A DNA stretch of 64,000 bases, from positions 108,917-172,916 of the forward strand of contig PDIP01000098.1 of NCBI GenBank assembly GCA_002811645.1, read 5' to 3'. Origin of the DNA: Corallochytrium limacisporum Hawaii (lineage: Eukaryota > Protista > Pluriformea). The notes under the pieces are model-generated. The model worked only from the letters and a program-made list of their open reading frames with translations. It ran no database searches and was not told the origin of the DNA. This document shows, in pieces, positions 58,616 through 64,000 of the stretch. The stretch's first letter is position 1; each line of letters opens with the position of its first letter. Made by a program: the position numbers and the translations under genes.

Positions 58616-59410
58616 ATGATCAGCAGTCCTCTGCTGATACACACAACGTCTGCTCTTTTCTCTACCACTCGTCGCATGAACAGGAACGGACACACGATCA
58701 ACCAGGCAGCAGCAGGTGCAACCACACAATTGCGAACAGTCATGGGTTCCAACTCGAATGCACAGGTGCATGAAATGCGCACCACCTACAACTTTGGCGT
58801 TCTGCACAAGCACGACTGCCCTTCGAACCCGTTTCAGCTGTTTGAGGAATGGTTTGCTGCGGCCAGAGATTCTGACGACATTCATGAGGCGAACGCAATG
58901 ACCCTTGCCACCGCCAGCAAGGAGGGCATCCCTTCGTCACGGGTGGTCCTGCTCAAAAAATATTCCGAGGAAGACGGATTTATCTTTTACACTAACTACG
59001 AGTCACAGAAAGCCAAAGAGATGGCGGAGAATCCACACGCAGCCATCAGCTTTTACTGGGCACCCTTTGAACGGTGCGTGCGGGTGCAGGGTACAGTGCG
59101 CAGGGTCAGCGACGAGGAGTCCACCACGTACTATCACTCGCGTCCAAAGGAATCACAGATCGGCGCATGGGTAAGCTACCAGAGCTCGGTGCTGGAAAAC
59201 CGCAAGATTTTGGAGGACCGCGCGGAGGAACTGCATGTGCAGTACAAAGATTCGGAAACCCTGCCAAAGCCGCCATTCTGGGGTGGCTATGCCGTAATGG
59301 CCAATCGCATTGAATTCTGGCAGGGGCGCCCCAGCCGACTGCACGATCGCATGAACTATGAACTCAGCGATGATGGCAAGGGATGGAAACTTACTCGGTT
59401 GTCATCCTAA
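58616..59410 (+). CDS. PNPO: Pyridoxine/pyridoxamine 5'-phosphate oxidase
   Basis: EANAMTLAT, SRVVLLK, FYTNYESQK, SRPKESQIGAW, WGGY, IEFWQGRPSRLHDR. The start is uncertain (in-frame Met at residues 1, 21 and 43). Confidence 0.95.
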   Translation: MISSPLLIHTTSALFSTTRRMNRNGHTINQAAAGATTQLRTVMGSNSNAQVHEMRTTYNFGVLHKHDCPSNPFQLFEEWFAAARDSDDIHEANAMTLATASKEGIPSSRVVLLKKYSEEDGFIFYTNYESQKAKEMAENPHAAISFYWAPFERCVRVQGTVRRVSDEESTTYYHSRPKESQIGAWVSYQSSVLENRKILEDRAEELHVQYKDSETLPKPPFWGGYAVMANRIEFWQGRPSRLHDRMNYELSDDGKGWKLTRLSS

Positions 59411-59602
59411 CGAAATCGGAGAGTCTGTACTGCAAGTTATTCAGGGTTCAATTCCACAAGACATCTATACTCACAGGCCTCGCAAATAGATCATCAGACA
59501 GCTTTTAGCAATCACGGTACGTACTGTTTCTAATGGACTTTGGCACCCACAGGGGACAAGAAAAACAAAACAGGGAAGGATCCAGACGAGCAGCACATTT
59601 CT

Positions 59603-62491
59603 TCATCTGCCGGAGCGCCGCTGGAAGGCCTGTAGGCCGGTCCGGCCCATGCCAGCCATGCCCTTGGCGGAGCCCGTGTCGGCTCCGGAGGCGCCAGCAG
59701 GGGGAGACATCGGTACCACCGGATCCGGCACTGTTTCCTGTCGGAACCGACCATAGTCCGACCGGGGCCCATCCTCCGGACTGCGGCGGTGGTGGACATG
59801 CGAATGCAGCGGACTGGTGAATTCCATGCGCTGGGGATAGAAATCGTATCCAATGCTGTGCCGTTTCAGGGCCTTCATCATGAACATGAGCATCTTGCTG
59901 TGACGCTCCGCCTTGAGGCTGAGATTCTGCCAGTTGGCAGTATGTTGGAACCAGCATTTGATAAGGATACGATTGTCGAAGCCAAGGCCATCACAGACAA
60001 ACATGAGACCATCCGCATGGAAATCGGCATTGTTCTGTGCCATGAACTTGTACACTTCGTTCTCGAGGGCCTTAATCTGCTCCGCAGTGGTGGTGTGGGC
60101 GACGCAGAACTCGAGCACATCCCACATGTCAGGCGAACGGTTGAAGTTCGTGATGCGTTTACGCATGAGCTTAGTGTTCGGGTAGTAGATCTTTTCCATA
60201 TTGGCCAGGTGAAAAGTGGTCACTTTCAAGTGGATCTCGTACACTTGCAGCAGCTGGTCGTCAATGAGACAGCGGTCACCGCAATCGTAAGGATGGACCA
60301 CGAAAACGAAAATAACGTCGTCAAGCAGTTCTTTGATGGCCACACCAAAACTGAAGCTGATGGCGAGCAACAGAGTTGAGGCCCCGAGTACCAAGGTCTC
60401 AAAGTCAATGCCAAAGATGAGGAGCACAACAAAGAAAAGCAGGAAAGATAGAAAGCTGCTCACCACTTTGTCCAGCTTGCCCATGGCCTTGTCTGCATCG
60501 CTCAGTGTTTGTGCAAGCCAGTAACGCTCTCGCAAAGTGGTCTGGATTACGTTGTAAACCTTGTGGAACGTGATGGTGGTATTGTTCTTGCCAGATGGCC
60601 CACTATTGAGCAGCATGAAGGCACGTCGGGCGTCGGCGGCACTGAAGTACCGCCGCAGCATTGGCTCCGTGATCTGACGCTTGCCTCGTAAGGTGAGGTT
60701 GTGGAAAATCTTGGACGTCAGAATACGGGCACTGATGGTCAACTTGTGGGTGTCCTGGGTCATCTGCTTGATCTCAGCGTCGCTCATGACCATGGTGAGC
60801 GGTTTGCGCACCAGATCCATGACATAGTGCATGGTTTGCGGACTGTACTCATCGGTCGGCTGCTGCAGGACGTCCTTTAGTGTGGCCTCATCAATCACTT
60901 CCTCCTGCTCTTTGGTGTTTTCGGTGCTGTTGTCAGACATGTTTGGAACTATGGGAGAAATGGGCATGGTGTCCGGGTCTAGTTCCGCCTCTCCAATGAC
61001 TGGACAGCCCTTCATTCCGTCCAGATAGGATCGGGTTGACGGCGCTCTGGACGAGGTGAAGGGGGGTGTGGCAGATGTGTTACCAGTTGGATCTGGTTTC
61101 ACAGACGTTCCATCGGCCTCTTTGGATTTGTAGGTTCCTGTAGAGGCCGTGGAAGTCTGCCGCAGCAAAGAAGAGGTACAACTGGAGATGGTAGAGGACG
61201 GAGATGTCATAGTCTGACTTGCTCTGGCAAGGGAAGCACGCAAAAGTGAACTGACCACGGTTGGACGACGGCTTTGCTCTCCAATACCGGAGTCCTCCCC
61301 GTCGGAGGAATTCCCACTGGGCCGACGACAGTGCATTGGTTCCGACTGCCGTCGCTTGTGGCCTCGCAGCTTCTCTTCTTTGTCCCCATGGCTCTTTCGT
61401 GCCATAGAAAGCACTCTGAGTACATACTCGGCAAAAAGGGCATCATGGATGGTCTGCAGATGCGTTGACATGTGGAAGTTGAGAGCAAAATGTTTGATCA
61501 GAATAGTCTTCACACTGAATGCTGCCAACAGGAGTAAAATTGAGATGAAAGCGCTGAACATCAGATGGTAGATGCTCACATTTCCGCCCAGGTCCCACAA
61601 TGTTGGCAACAAATGCCACCAGACGGTCAGAGTGGTCACCCATAGAAAGAGATGGCACTTCCTCTGCAGGGGCTTAATGTAGTAGAATGCATATTCGTGT
61701 CGCATCGTAAAGTGATCAATGATGGGGAACATCACATGGTTCACCAGGAAGCCAATGAAATGGTAGCTTAGGTATCCACCCGAGGCTGTAATGCACCAGG
61801 CCAGTAGAGGGATTCCCAGAAGCACGGGCCTGTGGTGCGTGAATAAGACAATGAGGGCAGCCGGAGCCAAGAGTACCGCGGATATTATCACAATGCGGAC
61901 CAACTTAAACATATGTTGTATGGCATAGTGCAGAGATTGCTTCATATTTTCGGTCAACCAGTTCGGGTTGTCTGGAAGATTGTCCACCATCGTCTCCTCC
62001 GTTTCGGAAATTCGTCGTTTATGGGGTGATCGGCTGCCTTCGTGTTCACTGCTCGAAGTCTTGCTCAGGCCGGTATCTACATCCACGAAACTGTGATCTT
62101 GAGCCTGTTGGGTGAACACCTTCATGATCTGGTGATTTTCAGCCATCATGAATTGATCCGCCTTAGGTTCCTCTTTGGAGACCACCTCATAACCTTGGAT
62201 GGTGTCTTGGTAAGCACAGTCATCTATGATGGGGCTGCGTTCGCTGTACTCCAGAGTGCTAGCGCTGCTCTGGCGGCTGATACTGGCACTGGGCTGGGCT
62301 CTTCCCGGGGTGGGAACAGTGCTTCCAGTTGAGCGGTCCACATCTTTTCCATGTTGTGGATCCTGTGAGCTTACCAAAACATCAGAGTCAGATTTGCTCA
62401 AGGGTGGTTTTCTGGGCTCAGTGTTGACATTTGCGGGCGTGTCGGTCTTGGGCAAGGGACTTCCTTCCGATCTTCGGTCTTGTTCAACCAT
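59603..62491 (-). CDS. MscS-like mechanosensitive ion channel (eukaryotic MSL/Msy type)
   Basis: Multiple TM helices with a long Ser-rich loop; FVVHPYDCGDRCLID, YYPNTKL and ITNFNRSP are MscS-domain motifs. ATG 62491 preferred over the GTG at 62539. Confidence 0.9.
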   Translation of the reverse strand: MVEQDRRSEGSPLPKTDTPANVNTEPRKPPLSKSDSDVLVSSQDPQHGKDVDRSTGSTVPTPGRAQPSASISRQSSASTLEYSERSPIIDDCAYQDTIQGYEVVSKEEPKADQFMMAENHQIMKVFTQQAQDHSFVDVDTGLSKTSSSEHEGSRSPHKRRISETEETMVDNLPDNPNWLTENMKQSLHYAIQHMFKLVRIVIISAVLLAPAALIVLFTHHRPVLLGIPLLAWCITASGGYLSYHFIGFLVNHVMFPIIDHFTMRHEYAFYYIKPLQRKCHLFLWVTTLTVWWHLLPTLWDLGGNVSIYHLMFSAFISILLLLAAFSVKTILIKHFALNFHMSTHLQTIHDALFAEYVLRVLSMARKSHGDKEEKLRGHKRRQSEPMHCRRPSGNSSDGEDSGIGEQSRRPTVVSSLLRASLARASQTMTSPSSTISSCTSSLLRQTSTASTGTYKSKEADGTSVKPDPTGNTSATPPFTSSRAPSTRSYLDGMKGCPVIGEAELDPDTMPISPIVPNMSDNSTENTKEQEEVIDEATLKDVLQQPTDEYSPQTMHYVMDLVRKPLTMVMSDAEIKQMTQDTHKLTISARILTSKIFHNLTLRGKRQITEPMLRRYFSAADARRAFMLLNSGPSGKNNTTITFHKVYNVIQTTLRERYWLAQTLSDADKAMGKLDKVVSSFLSFLLFFVVLLIFGIDFETLVLGASTLLLAISFSFGVAIKELLDDVIFVFVVHPYDCGDRCLIDDQLLQVYEIHLKVTTFHLANMEKIYYPNTKLMRKRITNFNRSPDMWDVLEFCVAHTTTAEQIKALENEVYKFMAQNNADFHADGLMFVCDGLGFDNRILIKCWFQHTANWQNLSLKAERHSKMLMFMMKALKRHSIGYDFYPQRMEFTSPLHSHVHHRRSPEDGPRSDYGRFRQETVPDPVVPMSPPAGASGADTGSAKGMAGMGRTGLQAFQRRSGR

Positions 62492-64000
62492 ACTTACACG
62501 CGATAGGGTTCTCCTTTGCACCACCCAGGGTGCAGGCACAAGATCACGCGCAGTGATCTGCGCCTGTGTGTGCTTTGGAGACTGTTTCCTCTGGTGGTAC
62601 TGGACTGCGAGGAGGGCCCGTCCATGCTCGCCTCACGGTGCCTCAAGAACCTTGCCTCAGTGTGTTCCGGCACGGCTTCCCCCAAGCGAACCAACAGGTT
62701 GGTATATACGATATCTGGTCTAATATCAACTATTCATCGCAAAGATTACAAATAAAGAAAACATATTACTGACAGACGTGCCCTCCACAGTCATGAAATG
62801 AACTCTTTCTTCCGGACTGACGATAAGAGCTGTCCGTTGACGTTTTGGCTCGGTTGGCCCGTTCGGGCCCCTTCCCCCCCTCCCGCCGGGGCCTTTCCAC
62901 CTCCCTTTCCCCTTTCCCCCGGCTCAGGAGCAAGGGGCCACCAGCGGGCCCAGGCTGGCCCCCACTTTCCCTTTTTCGGGCCCGGAATCTGCGGCCGGGT
63001 AATGAAGAAAGTCGTTGGGGAGTCCGCTGCCCTCCGTGACAATATCAGTAAGTTGAGCCCGAACTGGAGGAACTCCAACAGGAAGTGAAAGAGTAAGAAT
63101 ACTATTTCTCTCGCATTCAGGCGCTCCTGACAACCCCATATACCCTGGTTATATTCTGTCCAAGTAGCGCTGGTCCGCTACGGTGGAACAACGACGTCTA
63201 ACCTGGTGTGATTGCCCAGAAGGAAGGTCAGTGCCGCCGTTCGTTGGGCCGATTCCGCGGCCGGTGCTTGTTTGGTTGCTGCCGCCTCCTGGCCCTAATG
63301 CTGGCTGCTACTGCTGCTGCTGCTGCCATACCAATGAGCTACTTTAATGCTCACTGTCCACATGCCTACCTTGGTCATGGTATGACTAAACAAGTTCGGT
63401 GCTGTCGATGGCAGCAAATTTTCGAGTCTGTTGCATTGGACCCGCAGTCCTGCATGACCATGAAGTCATTGAATTTTGCACCCAGCTTGGCTGTAGGCCC
63501 TTACGGCGGCCGCAAAGATGGACGCCGATGGGAAAAAATTGGTACCGGCAACGGAATTTGTATGTTGATAATATGGTGCAGAATTCTTTGCTAATTGTAA
63601 TGATGCACCAGGTGTTCGAAATTTTTGGTTTTTCTACTTCGGGTCAACGCGGAACGAGGTGTCAGCTGGTGCAGCGGCCCGCAATCGCGTTCTACGATCG
63701 CCAACAGCAACAGATTCCACTTGGGCCATACTGATCGGATCGATAAAGATACTGGTGACGACGGGAATGAAACAAATCATGCGTTCAAAATCGGCATGCC
63801 ATTAGGTCATTAACATTGGACCTTCCACAACCGCTGTGCATGTCAAGCGTGTTGTCCACGATGTTTTGTGTCTGGGGCATTCGAAGCATTTTGGTGCCCA
63901 CGGCCCGCCCCGGGCCCCCGGAGAAAGAGAGGGGGCCCCCGGGGGGGGGGGGTTGTGGGGGGAGAAGGGGGAAGGGGTTCCAAGGGGGGGAGGGGGGGGG

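Noticed and set aside
1-64000. Alternative genetic code, CRISPR arrays or intact transposons
   Set aside because: TAA, TAG and TGA all terminate conserved genes at the expected positions. I saw no repeat-spacer arrays and no RT, integrase or transposase motifs.

Overview
Eukaryotic nuclear DNA (draft scaffold, 9 N-gaps). It holds 16 protein-coding genes over 100 aa, all readable as single uninterrupted ORFs, plus one strongly supported 65-aa microprotein gene. Gene order: SEC63 (partial, -), cytoplasmic dynein intermediate chain (+), ALKBH8 (+), WW-CWC2 (-), GCDH (+), orphan membrane protein (-), membrane-anchored Agd3/CE18-like deacetylase (-), ~9 kb gene-free stretch, TACO1/YebC (+), EXT/GT64-like + B4GALT7 (GT7) fusion (-), ATE1 (-), ZUP1/ZUFSP (+), Kintoun/DNAAF2 (-), ~9.6 kb gene-free stretch, microprotein (+), MED13 (+), PPM1K-like PP2C with EF-hands (-), PNPO (+), MscS-like channel (-). 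Animal-like genes (B4GALT7, PPM1K, ZUP1), fungal-like genes (Cwc2, Agd3, MscS-like), Kintoun and the absence of introns together suggest an intron-poor unicellular opisthokont, for example a Corallochytrium-like holozoan. This is inference only. The best leads are: (1) a TATA-driven 65-aa microprotein with extreme codon bias and kinase-site motifs; (2) a GT64-like/GT7 fusion and a membrane-tethered Agd3/NDST-type deacetylase, which may belong to a surface-glycan pathway; (3) unusual domain accretions (ArgRS-N-like insert in ATE1, EF-hands on PPM1K, WW on Cwc2); (4) a TAGGCCCCCAT motif found four times in upstream regions. All family calls come from remembered motifs; no searches were run.
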